Assembly: GCA_948443805.1 (NCBI GenBank)
Contig: CAOJUB010000005.1
Coordinates: forward strand, 8,393-72,392
DNA: 64,000 bases
Direction of reading: 5' to 3'
DNA from: an uncultured Clostridia bacterium
GTDB lineage: Bacteria; Bacillota; Clostridia; Oscillospirales; UBA644
Shown: in pieces, positions 1 through 9,188 of the stretch
Numbering within the stretch: position 1 is the stretch's first letter
Layout: each line of letters starts with the position of its first letter
Position numbers and translations under genes: made by a program
The notes under the pieces: model-generated
Told to the model about the DNA's origin: nothing
Seen by the model: the letters and a program-made list of their open reading frames with translations, nothing else
Databases searched by the model: none

Positions 1-1
1 A

Positions 2-1093
2 TCTCCCAAAGGCGCGGATTATGTCCGTATTGAAACCTGTGTAAAGGATAACGGCATCGGCATGACGCCGGAATTCCTTGAGAAATTGTATGAATCCTAT
101 ACGAGGGCAGACAGCGCGCGGGTGCATAAAACAGAAGGCGCCGGATTGGGAATGGCGATCACTAAATATATCGTGGACACAATGGGGGGATCTATTGAAG
201 TTCAGAGTGAAGTAGATCATGGTACGGAATTTCATATCACGCTGGATTTTGAAAAAGTTGAGCCGAAAGATTTTGATATGACGTTACCTTCGTGGAATAT
301 GCTGGTGGTTGACGATGACGAGATGCTTTGTAAGACGGCTGCGCAGACACTGAAGTCTATTGGTGTGAAAGCCGAATTTACCCTCAGCGGTGAGGAAGCG
401 GTGAAAATGGTGGTGCAGCGCCATGCCCGCGGCGACGATTATCAGATTATTTTGCTGGACTGGAAACTGCCGAGCATGGATGGTGTTCAGACCGCCCGTG
501 AAATCCGGCGAGAACTGGGAGAGGAAGTCCCGATACTGCTGATTTCGGCTTATGACTGGAGCGAGTTTGAAATAGAAGCGCGCGAAGCCGGTATCAACGG
601 ATTTATTTCTAAGCCGCTTTTCAAGTCGACCCTTTTCTATGGCCTTAAACAGTATATGAACGTGGATGAGGTTTCCGATCCGGAGTCGCAACAGGAGACA
701 AATCTGGCCGGAAAGCGGATTTTGCTTGCAGAGGATAATGAGCTGAACTGGGAGGTTGCTCACGAGCTGCTTTCGGAACTGAATGTGGAGCTGGAATGGG
801 CGGAAGACGGGCAGATATGTCTGGATAAATTCAGCAATTCGGCGGTCGGCTATTATGATGCGGTTCTGATGGATCTGCGTATGCCGGTTATGAACGGTTA
901 TGAGGCGACCGAGGCGATCCGGTCTCTGGAGCGTCCGGACGCACGGCAGATTCCGATCATTGCGATGACGGCCGACGCGTTTTCCGAGGATATCAAGCAT
1001 TGTTTGGAAGTCGGGATGAACGCACATATTGCCAAACCGATCGATATTCAGGAAGTGGCGCGTATTCTTAAAAAATATCTGCTTGACGAATAA
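2..1093 (+). CDS. Hybrid sensor histidine kinase, C-terminal part (end of the HATPase_c domain plus two receiver domains). The 5' end lies outside the window.
   Basis: The frame stays open back to base 2 (..VKDNGIGMTPEF..), giving the DxGxG and GAGLGMAI ATP-lid boxes. Two CheY-like REC domains follow (LVVDDDE..LLDWKLPSMDG..SKP and ILLAEDNELN..LMDLRMPVMNG..AKP). Confidence 0.85.
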   Translation, partial: SPKGADYVRIETCVKDNGIGMTPEFLEKLYESYTRADSARVHKTEGAGLGMAITKYIVDTMGGSIEVQSEVDHGTEFHITLDFEKVEPKDFDMTLPSWNMLVVDDDEMLCKTAAQTLKSIGVKAEFTLSGEEAVKMVVQRHARGDDYQIILLDWKLPSMDGVQTAREIRRELGEEVPILLISAYDWSEFEIEAREAGINGFISKPLFKSTLFYGLKQYMNVDEVSDPESQQETNLAGKRILLAEDNELNWEVAHELLSELNVELEWAEDGQICLDKFSNSAVGYYDAVLMDLRMPVMNGYEATEAIRSLERPDARQIPIIAMTADAFSEDIKHCLEVGMNAHIAKPIDIQEVARILKKYLLDE

Positions 1094-1097
1094 AAAA

Positions 1098-1135
1098 GAA
1101 ACGAGACGGAAAGTGTTTTCCGTCTCGTTTTTACT
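1098..1135. terminator. Bidirectional intrinsic terminator between the convergent kinase and EF-G-like genes
   Basis: Perfect stem GAAACGAGACGGAAA / TTTCCGTCTCGTTTT with a 4-nt loop. It is flanked by an A-run upstream and a T-run downstream. Confidence 0.8.
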
Positions 1136-1182
1136 GTTTTCAAAAAGCTGCCGTATGTTTTGCAAAACAGGCTGCAAGCTAT

Positions 1183-3204
1183 TTATTCTTCTTCTTTATT
1201 TTTCTGCGATTCGGCAATCACCTGCTGGGCAACATTGGCCGGTGCGTCCTGATACCGTGCAAATTCCAAAACAAAGGAGCCTCTTCCTCGGGTCATTGAA
1301 CGAAGGTCGGTTGCGTAGGTTGCCATTTCCGACATCGGAACTTCGGCTGTGACTTCCTGAATTCCGTGGTCTTCCGCCGGGTTCATTCCCATGATTTGTC
1401 CGCGGCGTTTGTTGATGTCGCCGATCACATCGCCCATCAGACTGTCGGGAATCTCGACTTTAAGCGTTCCGATGGGTTCGAGGATTGTCGGATTGGCCAG
1501 TTTCAGCCCTTCTTTAAACGCAATGGAAGCCGCCATTTTAAAAGACATTTCGGAGGAATCCACATCGTGGTAAGAACCGTCGATCAGCGTTGCTTTCAGC
1601 CCGACAACGGGATAGCCCGCCTGAATGCCTTTTTTCGCGCATTCGCGCAATCCTTTTTCCACTGCGGGGTGGAAATTCTTCGGAACCGAACCGCCGAAGA
1701 TTTTTTCTTCAAAGAGAAGTTCTTCGCCGTCGTACGGTTCGAATTCGATCAGAACGTCGCCGTACTGGCCGTGTCCGCCCGATTGTTTTTTGTGTTTGCC
1801 CCGCTGGGTGACCTTTTTGCGGATCGCTTCACGGTAAGCGACTTTCGGCGCTTTCAGGTCGACGTCCACGCCGAATTTTGTCTTTAGTTTGTTGACCAGG
1901 ATATCGATATGGGTATCGCCCAGTCCGCTGATGACCTGTTCGTGCGTTTCGGGGTTGTTTTCATAGGTAAAGGTCCGGTCTTCTTCGGCAAGCCGCTGCA
2001 ATCCCTGCGAAATTTTTTCTTCGTCTCCTTTGGCTTTCGGCAGGATCGCCATAGACAGGCAGGGTTTGGGGTAAACCAGCGCCGGCGGTGTGACATCGGG
2101 ATTCCCAGCAGAAAGAAGATCGCCGGTGTTGGTATTCTGCAGCTTTGTGATGACGCCGATATCACCGGCTGAGAGTTCGTCGGTCTCGGTTTGTTTTTTG
2201 CCCCGGATGGTGAAAATATGTCCCATTTTCTCATTGGCGTCGGTTTTGGCATTGTGCAGAATGTCTCCCTGCTTGATGCTGCCGGAAAGGATTTTGAAAT
2301 AGGACATTTTTCCGACAAAGGGGTCGGCCACTGTTTTAAAGACAAACATCGAGGACGGTTTTGCCGGATCGGCCGCAGAATGGGGGACATAGTTGATGAT
2401 GAAGCGCAGGAGCGGTTCTATTCCGATCAGTTCAAAAGCCGAGCCGGAGATAACCGGGCAGATGCTTCCGTCGCGCATACCGGCAAGCAGGCCGTTTTGG
2501 ATTTCTTCCGGTGTAAATTCTTCCCCGCTGAAATATTTTTCCATCATTTCTTCGGAAGTTTCGGCGAGCGCTTCTTTAAAGGTTTCGATGAATTCTTCCA
2601 CTTTGTCCTGCATATCATCGGGGATCGGAACGGAAATTTCCTTTCCGTTTTCAAATTTCTTTCCCTTTTTATCGCGCAGGTCAACAAATCCAACGGTTTT
2701 TCCGTCTTTGTAGATCGGTAGATCGATGGTGCAGATTTTTTTGCCGAAGGTCGCTTTCAGATCGCTGAAAATTTTATAAAAATCCGCGTTATCTTCATCG
2801 GTTTTGGTCATAAAAAACATTTTCGGCAGTCCGTTTTTTTCGCATTTTTTGTAAGCGATTTCGGTTCCTGCGTGAATTCCGCTTTTAGAGGAAACGGTGA
2901 TAATGCCGAAATCTGCGGCGGCCATGGCCTGCACGGCTTCGCCTTCAAAATCAAAGTAACCCGGCGTGTCGATCAGATTGATTTTATATCCGTTCCATTC
3001 CACCGGCGCCACGGTGGAGGAGATAGAAATTTTTCTTTTGATCTCTTCAGGATCAAAGTCGCAGACGGTTGTTCCTTCTGAAACTTTTCCCAGCCTGTCG
3101 GCACACTTGGCATAAAAAAGCAACGCCTCTGCAAGGGAGGTTTTGCCGGAACCTTTATGTCCCAACAGGCAGATATTTCTGATTTTTTCTACCGGATATT
3201 TCAT
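1183..3204 (-). CDS. EF-G family translational GTPase (EF-G paralogue)
   Basis: 673 aa. It has an N-terminal GTPase domain (GHKGSGKTS P-loop, DTPG, TKTD), then EF-G domains II-V (..FVFKTVADPFVGKMSYFKI.., ..GGHGQYGDV.., ..GYPVVGLKATLIDGSYHDVDSSEMSFK..). SD GAAAGGAG lies upstream of the ATG. Confidence 0.85.
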   Translation of the reverse strand: MKYPVEKIRNICLLGHKGSGKTSLAEALLFYAKCADRLGKVSEGTTVCDFDPEEIKRKISISSTVAPVEWNGYKINLIDTPGYFDFEGEAVQAMAAADFGIITVSSKSGIHAGTEIAYKKCEKNGLPKMFFMTKTDEDNADFYKIFSDLKATFGKKICTIDLPIYKDGKTVGFVDLRDKKGKKFENGKEISVPIPDDMQDKVEEFIETFKEALAETSEEMMEKYFSGEEFTPEEIQNGLLAGMRDGSICPVISGSAFELIGIEPLLRFIINYVPHSAADPAKPSSMFVFKTVADPFVGKMSYFKILSGSIKQGDILHNAKTDANEKMGHIFTIRGKKQTETDELSAGDIGVITKLQNTNTGDLLSAGNPDVTPPALVYPKPCLSMAILPKAKGDEEKISQGLQRLAEEDRTFTYENNPETHEQVISGLGDTHIDILVNKLKTKFGVDVDLKAPKVAYREAIRKKVTQRGKHKKQSGGHGQYGDVLIEFEPYDGEELLFEEKIFGGSVPKNFHPAVEKGLRECAKKGIQAGYPVVGLKATLIDGSYHDVDSSEMSFKMAASIAFKEGLKLANPTILEPIGTLKVEIPDSLMGDVIGDINKRRGQIMGMNPAEDHGIQEVTAEVPMSEMATYATDLRSMTRGRGSFVLEFARYQDAPANVAQQVIAESQKNKEEE

Positions 3205-3303
3205 GATTCATTACTCCTTTCACGGGAAAAATTTCCCGCTCTTGCTGCGATATCATACTGTTCTTATCTATTTGTACAATAAATATAAGAAAAGTTAAAA
3301 AAA

Positions 3304-3354
3304 TATTATGCAATAGCATAATAATATTATAATAATATTCAAGGAAAATGTCAA
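3304..3354 (-). promoter_or_regulatory. Consensus sigma-A type promoter for the EF-G paralogue, with a perfect 8+4+8 palindrome at the predicted start site
   Basis: On the minus strand the sequence is TTGACA (3354-3349), 17 nt, TATAAT (3331-3326). Directly downstream is TATTATGC-AATA-GCATAATA (3304-3323). Confidence 0.6.
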
Positions 3355-3462
3355 TAGAATTTTTGCAGTTTACATAATTGTCACATTTGAGCCGTATTTC
3401 AGGGGAAATTGTCTGTAACGCGGCAAACGGATTCTTTGGCCGATAGAGGAATGCTTTCTGCG

Positions 3463-3499
3463 AAAAAAAACAGGACGGCCGATACCGTCCTGTTTTTTT
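3463..3499. terminator. Bidirectional intrinsic terminator downstream of glnN
   Basis: A8-CAGGACGG / CCGTCCTG-T7 hairpin with a 6-nt loop, immediately after the glnN stop codon (3528, minus strand). Confidence 0.85.
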
Positions 3500-3527
3500 G
3501 ATAATGAAAGGGTTTTATGGTAAAAGT

Positions 3528-5615
3528 TTATACGCGGAAGATCATGTCGGCATAAGAGGGATACGGCCAGTATTCGCGTCCCACGCAGACTTCCAGTGCG
3601 TCAACGGTGGCTCTGAGGTTTTCCATTGCGGAAAGCACCGAATCTTTATAGAAGGCTGCCTGTTTTTCAAAGTCGGCGATCGTTCCGGCCTCTTCTTCAG
3701 CTTTTTCAAGAGCTTCGATATGCTGCGCCAGTTTGCCTGAAAGTTCGGAAACCTTTTTCAGGAGACCGCTTTCCAGAGAAGCGTCAATCGTTTCGCAGAC
3801 CGCTTTTTTGGCGGCGATGGCATCGCAGAGCGCGGTTTCAAAACTGAGGATTGCCGGAACAATATCCTTTTTCGCCATATCGAGCATTGTCAGCGCTTCG
3901 ATATTTAGCGTTTTGGTATATTCTTCCATGAGAATTTCATAGCGGGAGTGCATTTCTGTTTCGGTAAATATCTTATGTTTGGTAAACAGTTCGATATTTT
4001 TCGGCGAAACGAAATAGGGAAGGGCGTCGGCGGTTGTTTTCAGATTCAGCAGGCCTCTCTTTTCGGCTTCCGCTACCCATTCGTCGGAATAGTTGTTCCC
4101 GTTGAAAATAATCCGTTTATGCTCTTTGATGGTTTTCTGTATGAGTTTTGCCAGATCCCGGTCAAAGTCTTCGGAGGCTTCCAGAATATCGGCGAACTGC
4201 GAAAGTTCTTCGGTGACAATCGCGTTCAGCGTGATGTTCGGCCCTGCGATAGAGAAGGTCGATCCGAGCATACGGAACTCAAATTTATTGCCGGTAAAGG
4301 CGAAGGGGGAGGTGCGGTTTCTGTCGGTGGTGTCTTTCGGCAGTTTCGGCAGAACGTGTACGCCGATTTTCATCATCTGCTTATCGGCCTGATCGTAATC
4401 GGTGTTGTTTTCAATCGATTCAAGAACCGATGCCAGTTCATCGCCAACGAACATGGAAATAATGGCGGGAGGTGCTTCGTTCGCACCGAGACGGTGGTCG
4501 TTTCCGGCATTGGCCACCGAAATGCGGAGCAGATCCTGATATTCGTCAATTCCCTTGATAACGGCGCAGAGGAAAAGAAGAAACTGCGCGTTGTCTCTGG
4601 GAGAGGTTCCGGGATCGAGAAGGTTCATGCCGGTGTTTGTGCTCATCGACCAGTTGTTATGTTTTCCGCTTCCGTTCACGCCGTCAAAGGGCTTTTCATG
4701 CAGCAGACAGGCCAGGCCGTGGCGGGCTGCGACCTTCTTCATCATTTCCATGGTGAGCTGGTTATGGTCGGTTGCGGTGTTGGTATCGGAGAAGATCGGC
4801 GCCAGTTCATGCTGCGCGGGGGCAACCTCGTTATGCTCTGTTTTGGCGTAAATGCCAAGTTTCCAGAGTTCTTCGTCCAAATCGGCCATGTATTCTTTAA
4901 TCCGGGGTTTGATCGTGCCGAAATAATGGTCTTCCATTTCCTGGCCTTTCGGCGGTTTTGCCCCGAACAGGGTTCTGCCGGTGAGCATCAGGTCTTCTCT
5001 TTCATTGAAAAGCTCACGGTCGATCAGGAAATATTCCTGTTCCGGACCCACGGTGGTAATCACCTTGGTAACATCGTCGTGTCCGAATAATTTCAGAATA
5101 CGGAGAGCCTGCTTGTTCAGCTTTTCGGTGGAGCGCATCAGCGGGGTTTTTTTATCCAGCGCTTCGCCTCCGTAGCTGCAGAAAGCCGTGGGGATATACA
5201 GGGTATTTTCCTTAATAAATGCGTAGGAGGTCGGATCCCATGCGGTGTAGCCTCTGGCTTCAAACGTGGAGCGCAGTCCGCCGGAGGGGAAAGAAGAAGC
5301 GTCGGGTTCGCCCTGGATCAGTTCTTTTCCGGAGAATTCCATGATGACGCCGCCGTCTTCCGCCGGGGAAATAAAGCTGTCGTGTTTTTCTGCGGTAATT
5401 CCCGTCATCGGCTGGAACCAGTGGGTGTAATGGGTCGCGCCTTTTTCGATCGCCCAGTCTTTCATCGCGTTCGCCACAACGCTTGCCACCGTGATATCGA
5501 GGCTGCGGCCGTCTTTGATTGTTTTTTTCAGCGCCTTGTAGGTTTCTTTGGGAAGCCTTTCTTTCATTGTGCTGTCGTTAAAGACCATGCTTCCGAAACT
5601 TTCTGGTACGTTCAT
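3528..5615 (-). CDS. glnN: Glutamine synthetase, type III
   Basis: 695 aa, the length and N-terminus typical of GS-III ([32 protein letters not shown]..). It also has the catalytic region (..[10 protein letters not shown].., ..[16 protein letters not shown]..). SD GGAGAG lies before the ATG. Confidence 0.9.
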   Translation of the reverse strand: MNVPESFGSMVFNDSTMKERLPKETYKALKKTIKDGRSLDITVASVVANAMKDWAIEKGATHYTHWFQPMTGITAEKHDSFISPAEDGGVIMEFSGKELIQGEPDASSFPSGGLRSTFEARGYTAWDPTSYAFIKENTLYIPTAFCSYGGEALDKKTPLMRSTEKLNKQALRILKLFGHDDVTKVITTVGPEQEYFLIDRELFNEREDLMLTGRTLFGAKPPKGQEMEDHYFGTIKPRIKEYMADLDEELWKLGIYAKTEHNEVAPAQHELAPIFSDTNTATDHNQLTMEMMKKVAARHGLACLLHEKPFDGVNGSGKHNNWSMSTNTGMNLLDPGTSPRDNAQFLLFLCAVIKGIDEYQDLLRISVANAGNDHRLGANEAPPAIISMFVGDELASVLESIENNTDYDQADKQMMKIGVHVLPKLPKDTTDRNRTSPFAFTGNKFEFRMLGSTFSIAGPNITLNAIVTEELSQFADILEASEDFDRDLAKLIQKTIKEHKRIIFNGNNYSDEWVAEAEKRGLLNLKTTADALPYFVSPKNIELFTKHKIFTETEMHSRYEILMEEYTKTLNIEALTMLDMAKKDIVPAILSFETALCDAIAAKKAVCETIDASLESGLLKKVSELSGKLAQHIEALEKAEEEAGTIADFEKQAAFYKDSVLSAMENLRATVDALEVCVGREYWPYPSYADMIFRV

Positions 5616-5686
5616 TGTTCGTTCTCTCTCCTTTTCATTGATCCTGTTTTGCAGTGCCGGTTCTGAAGGGCTTCCGCATATATTAA

Positions 5687-5720
5687 AAAGGGCGCTGCAG
5701 GAAAACCCTACAGCGCCTTT
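5687..5720 (-). terminator. Terminator-like hairpin at the 5' end of the glnN leader (candidate attenuator or 5' stabiliser)
   Basis: The minus-strand RNA reads AAAGGCGCUGUAGG-guuuu-CCUGCAGCGCCCUUU followed by UUAAUAU. It starts about 9 nt after the predicted start site and lies about 70 nt before the glnN ATG. Confidence 0.45.
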
Positions 5721-5735
5721 GCTGTTTACGTGTTC

Positions 5736-5764
5736 ATCTTACATCATTTTTTTCGCTTTGTCAA
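5736..5764 (-). promoter_or_regulatory. Candidate glnN promoter
   Basis: Minus strand: TTGACA (5764-5759), 17 nt, TAAGAT (5741-5736). Confidence 0.5.
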
Positions 5765-5874
5765 GGCTTTTTTATTTTTTGTTACAGTTTTTGGCTGATC
5801 GCCCATATATTTTTTCACTTTTTTTTATTTTTTGTCTATTCTGGACAGATTTCCGAAACTTTATGTTTCATCTA

Positions 5875-5903
5875 TTGACTTTTTGCCCTTTTTTGTGTAA
5901 AAT
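5875..5903 (+). promoter_or_regulatory. Candidate promoter of the split glutamate synthase operon
   Basis: TTGACT (5875-5880), 17 nt, TAAAAT (5898-5903). It is divergent from the glnN promoter. Confidence 0.5.
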
Positions 5904-5925
5904 AAAAACATATACGAACAATGAA

Positions 5926-5985
5926 GTTCATCAAAGGCGAAGCCTGTTTATCGGCATCGCTGTTTGATGGACTTTTTTATTTTAT
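5926..5985 (+). terminator. Terminator-like hairpin in the leader of the glutamate synthase operon (candidate attenuator)
   Basis: GTTCATCAAA (5926-5935) pairs with TTTGATGGAC (5963-5972), with one G-U pair, around a 27-nt loop. TTTTTTATTTT follows. The element lies between the promoter and the first ATG (6119). Confidence 0.4.
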
Positions 5986-6118
5986 ACGGATGAGTAAAAA
6001 ATGTTTTTTTCCGGCGTGTTTGTTCTTTACCGAAAGCAGGAAAAACGTTTCTCCGGCCGTAACGGTGAACGGGAGTTTATTTTCGTCTGTATGCGGAAAG
6101 AAAGGAAGGATTGTGAAG

Positions 6119-7201
6119 ATGTTAAAGGAAGGTCAGATAAGAATTCCTTCGGGGTGTGCAATTTCGGGGATTATTTCCCGGGAGGGAAAACCGATTAACG
6201 GACGGGATATTGTTGAATCCATTCGGGTTATGCACGACCGGTCTAACGGTTTGGGCGGCGGATTTGCCGGCTATGGAATCTATCCCCAGTATAAAGAACA
6301 TTATGCGTTTCATATTTTTTACGATACGCAGGAAGCCAGAGAGGAATGCGAACGGTTTATCGACCGGCATTTTGATGTGATCAACCTTTCTAAAATCCCA
6401 ACGAAGAAAATTCCTGCAATCACCGATGAGCCATTGATCTGGCGTTATTTTGTTTCGCCGCATCCGACAAAGCTGGCCGATAGTCAGCTGGATGAAAGCG
6501 AATTTGTGGCCCGGTGCGTTTTCCGGGTGAATACCGAGATTGAGGGCGCGTATATTTTTTCGAGCGGAAAGAATATGGGGGTTTTCAAGGCGGTCGGTTT
6601 CCCGGAGGACGTCGGTGAATTTTACCGGCTTGACGAGTATGAGGGCTACAGCTGGACGGCGCACGGACGCTATCCGACCAATACCCCCGGCTGGTGGGGC
6701 GGCGCGCATCCGTTCGCGCTTCTGAATTATTCGATTGTACATAACGGAGAGATTTCTTCCTATGACGCGAACCGGCGGTATATGGAAATGTTCGGTTATC
6801 GCTGTTCCCTGCAGACCGATACCGAAGTTATTACGTATATTATCGATTATCTTTCCCGGAAAAAAGGACTTTCCCTGGAAGAAACGGCAAATGTAATCGC
6901 CGCGCCGTTTTGGAGTACCATCGAGAAAAAGCCCGAAGAGGAAAAACTGCGTCTGACTTATTTGCGGAATAAATTCGCTTCGCTTTTGATCACCGGTCCG
7001 TTTTCTATTATTGTCGGTTTTGAAAAAGGATTGATGATGTTAAATGACCGGCTGAAGCTCCGCTCCGCAGTCATCGGTGAAAAAGACGACCGGGTTTATA
7101 TGGCGAGTGAAGAATCGGCGATTCGGGCCATCGAGCCGGAATTGGATAAAATCTGGGCGCCGAAGGGCGGAAACCCGGTGATTGTAACGGTAAACGAGTA
7201 G
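6119..7201 (+). CDS. Class II glutamine amidotransferase domain protein (glutamate synthase amidotransferase module)
   Basis: Start chosen at the ATG at 6119 (SD AAGGAAGGA), not the 5921 ORF start. A short propeptide precedes ..PSGCAISGI.., then comes an Ntn-type GATase region (..HDRSNGLGGGFAGYG.., ..WTAHGRYPTNTPGWWGGAHPF.., ..IVHNGEISSY..). Confidence 0.75.
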   Translation: MLKEGQIRIPSGCAISGIISREGKPINGRDIVESIRVMHDRSNGLGGGFAGYGIYPQYKEHYAFHIFYDTQEAREECERFIDRHFDVINLSKIPTKKIPAITDEPLIWRYFVSPHPTKLADSQLDESEFVARCVFRVNTEIEGAYIFSSGKNMGVFKAVGFPEDVGEFYRLDEYEGYSWTAHGRYPTNTPGWWGGAHPFALLNYSIVHNGEISSYDANRRYMEMFGYRCSLQTDTEVITYIIDYLSRKKGLSLEETANVIAAPFWSTIEKKPEEEKLRLTYLRNKFASLLITGPFSIIVGFEKGLMMLNDRLKLRSAVIGEKDDRVYMASEESAIRAIEPELDKIWAPKGGNPVIVTVNE

Positions 7202-7220
7202 GGATTGGGAGGAAAACAGA

Positions 7221-8723
7221 ATGATTAATTATTTATATCCGGACTATGAGATCGTCCGGGATCCTTCAAAATGTATCGCCTGCCGCGTCTGTGAGCGGCA
7301 GTGCGCCAACGAAGCGCATTCCTTTGATGAAGAAGCCGGCTGTATGGTCGCCGATTCTTCCCGGTGCGTGAACTGTCACCGCTGTGTGAGCCTCTGCCCG
7401 ACAAGAGCGCTGAAAATTGTAAAAAGCGACCACACCTTTAAGCAGAATGCGAACTGGACAGGCGACCGGATTACCGAAATCTACAAACAGGCGAGCACCG
7501 GCGGCGTTCTTTTGTCTTCGATGGGAAATCCGAATGCGTTTCCGATTTATTTCGACAAGATTCTGATTAACGCTTCCCAGGTTACCAATCCTTCGATTGA
7601 TCCGCTGCGCGAACCGATGGAAACCAAGACCTTTCTTGGGAAAAAGACCGGGGAAATCCGGCGGGATGAAAAAGGCCGCATTCTTCCGTATACCGAGCCG
7701 CAGATCGAGCTTTCGGTTCCGATTATGTTTTCGGCGATGTCGTATGGCTCCATCAGTTACAATGCGCATGAAAGCCTTGCCCGTGCGGCGCAGGAGCTGG
7801 GGATTCTTTACAATACCGGCGAGGGCGGTTTGCATGAGGATTTCCGGCAATACGGCGCGAATACCATTGTTCAGGTTGCTTCCGGCCGGTTCGGGGTTTA
7901 TAAAGATTATCTGGAAGCCGGCGCTGCGATCGAAATCAAAATGGGGCAGGGGGCAAAACCGGGTATCGGCGGCCATTTGCCTGGGACAAAAATCGTCGGG
8001 GATATCTCTAAAACCAGAATGATTCCTGAGGGCTCCGACGCGATTTCGCCGGCGCCGCATCATGATATTTATTCAATTGAAGACCTTCGTCAGCTGGTGT
8101 TTTCTTTAAAAGAGGCCAGCGAATATAAAAAACCGGTGATTGTCAAGATCGCCGCCGTGCACAATGTTGCGGCAATTGCCAGCGGCGTTGCGCGGAGCGG
8201 CGCAGATATTATTGCCATTGACGGTTTTCGCGGCGGAACCGGCGCCGCGCCCACCAGAATCCGCGATAATGTCGGAATTCCGATCGAACTGGCGTTGGCC
8301 AGTGTCGATTCCCGGCTCCGGGAGGAGGGCATCCGGGACAATGTTTCGATTGTGGTCGGCGGCAGTATCCGCAGCAGTGCGGATGTTGTCAAGGCCATTG
8401 CGCTTGGCGCGGACGCGGTGTATATTGCAACGGCGGCGCTGCTTTCGCTCGGCTGTCATCTTTGCCGCAGCTGCCAGAGCGGAAAATGCAACTGGGGAAT
8501 CGCAACCCAGCGGCCGGAACTGGTAAAAAGGCTCAATCCCGATATCGGCAGCCAGCGGCTTGTGAATCTGGTAACCGCCTGGAAGCATGAAATCATGGAA
8601 ATGATGGGCGGCATGGGAATCAACTCGATCGAGGCGCTGAAAGGAAACCGGTTGATGCTCCGGGGAATCGGACTGAATGAAAAGGAACTGGAGATTCTGG
8701 GAATCAAGCATGCGGGTGAATAA
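7221..8723 (+). CDS. Glutamate synthase FMN-binding (central GltB-like) domain protein with an N-terminal 2x[4Fe-4S] ferredoxin domain
   Basis: Two CxxCxxCxxxC motifs at the N-terminus (CIACRVCERQC, CVNCHRCVSLCP). Glu_synthase signatures are present (..YNTGEGGLHED.., ..KMGQGAKPGIGGHLPG.., ..SPAPHHDIYSIEDL.., ..IDGFRGGTGAAP..). Confidence 0.85.
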   Translation: MINYLYPDYEIVRDPSKCIACRVCERQCANEAHSFDEEAGCMVADSSRCVNCHRCVSLCPTRALKIVKSDHTFKQNANWTGDRITEIYKQASTGGVLLSSMGNPNAFPIYFDKILINASQVTNPSIDPLREPMETKTFLGKKTGEIRRDEKGRILPYTEPQIELSVPIMFSAMSYGSISYNAHESLARAAQELGILYNTGEGGLHEDFRQYGANTIVQVASGRFGVYKDYLEAGAAIEIKMGQGAKPGIGGHLPGTKIVGDISKTRMIPEGSDAISPAPHHDIYSIEDLRQLVFSLKEASEYKKPVIVKIAAVHNVAAIASGVARSGADIIAIDGFRGGTGAAPTRIRDNVGIPIELALASVDSRLREEGIRDNVSIVVGGSIRSSADVVKAIALGADAVYIATAALLSLGCHLCRSCQSGKCNWGIATQRPELVKRLNPDIGSQRLVNLVTAWKHEIMEMMGGMGINSIEALKGNRLMLRGIGLNEKELEILGIKHAGE

Positions 8724-8744
8724 TTGAAAGGAACGGAGATTCGG

Positions 8745-9188
8745 ATGAAAAGAGTGTATGTAAACGAAAAATGGTGTATTTCCTGCCATCTTTGCGAGTA
8801 TAACTGTGCGTTTGCCAATTCAGGCGAAACAAGCATGGTCAAAGCCCTGAAGGGGGTAACGATCCGTCCCCGGATCCGGGTCGAGGAAAACGACAGGGTT
8901 TCCTTTGCCGTTGCCTGCCGCCATTGTCCCGACCCGATCTGCGTGAAAAGCTGTATTACCGGCGCGCTTTCGGCCAAGGACGGGATTATTTCGGTTGACA
9001 GCTGGAAATGCGTGGGTTGCTATACCTGCATCTGCGCCTGTCCGTACGGCGCGATCCAGCCGGACGAAACGCGCGGCGTTGTTCAGAAATGTGAATTGTG
9101 CACCCGGAATTCCTGCGGCGAACCCGCCTGTGTAAAAGGCTGCCCGAACGGCGCGATTGTTTTTGAAGAGAGGGAGAAAAAACAATGA
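8745..9188 (+). CDS. 4Fe-4S dicluster ferredoxin-like protein
   Basis: Start at the ATG at 8745 (SD AAAGGAACGGAG); the ORF-track start at 8724 is a TTG. There are several Cys clusters (CISCHLCEYNC, CRHCPDPICVKSC, CVGCYTCICACPYG, CELC..C..C). The stop overlaps the next start. Confidence 0.75.
   Translation: MKRVYVNEKWCISCHLCEYNCAFANSGETSMVKALKGVTIRPRIRVEENDRVSFAVACRHCPDPICVKSCITGALSAKDGIISVDSWKCVGCYTCICACPYGAIQPDETRGVVQKCELCTRNSCGEPACVKGCPNGAIVFEEREKKQ

Noticed and set aside
284-1177. Long ORFs antisense to well-supported genes: 284-1177 (-), 3948-5090 (+), 9083-10156 (-), 24013-25116 (-), 30305-31519 (-), 57625-58656 (+), 17176-18513 (+) and many shorter ones.
   Set aside because: Each lies entirely opposite a gene with clear family motifs. 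Their translations are low-complexity and Arg/Phe/Gly-rich with no recognisable domains or SD sequences. Long shadow ORFs are expected opposite genes with this codon bias.
5921-6118. 66-codon N-terminal extension of the amidotransferase ORF (ORF-track start 5921).
   Set aside because: There is no SD before 5921. The extension is Phe/Leu-rich and runs through the leader hairpin and T-tract. The ATG at 6119 has a strong SD and gives a short propeptide before the catalytic Cys.
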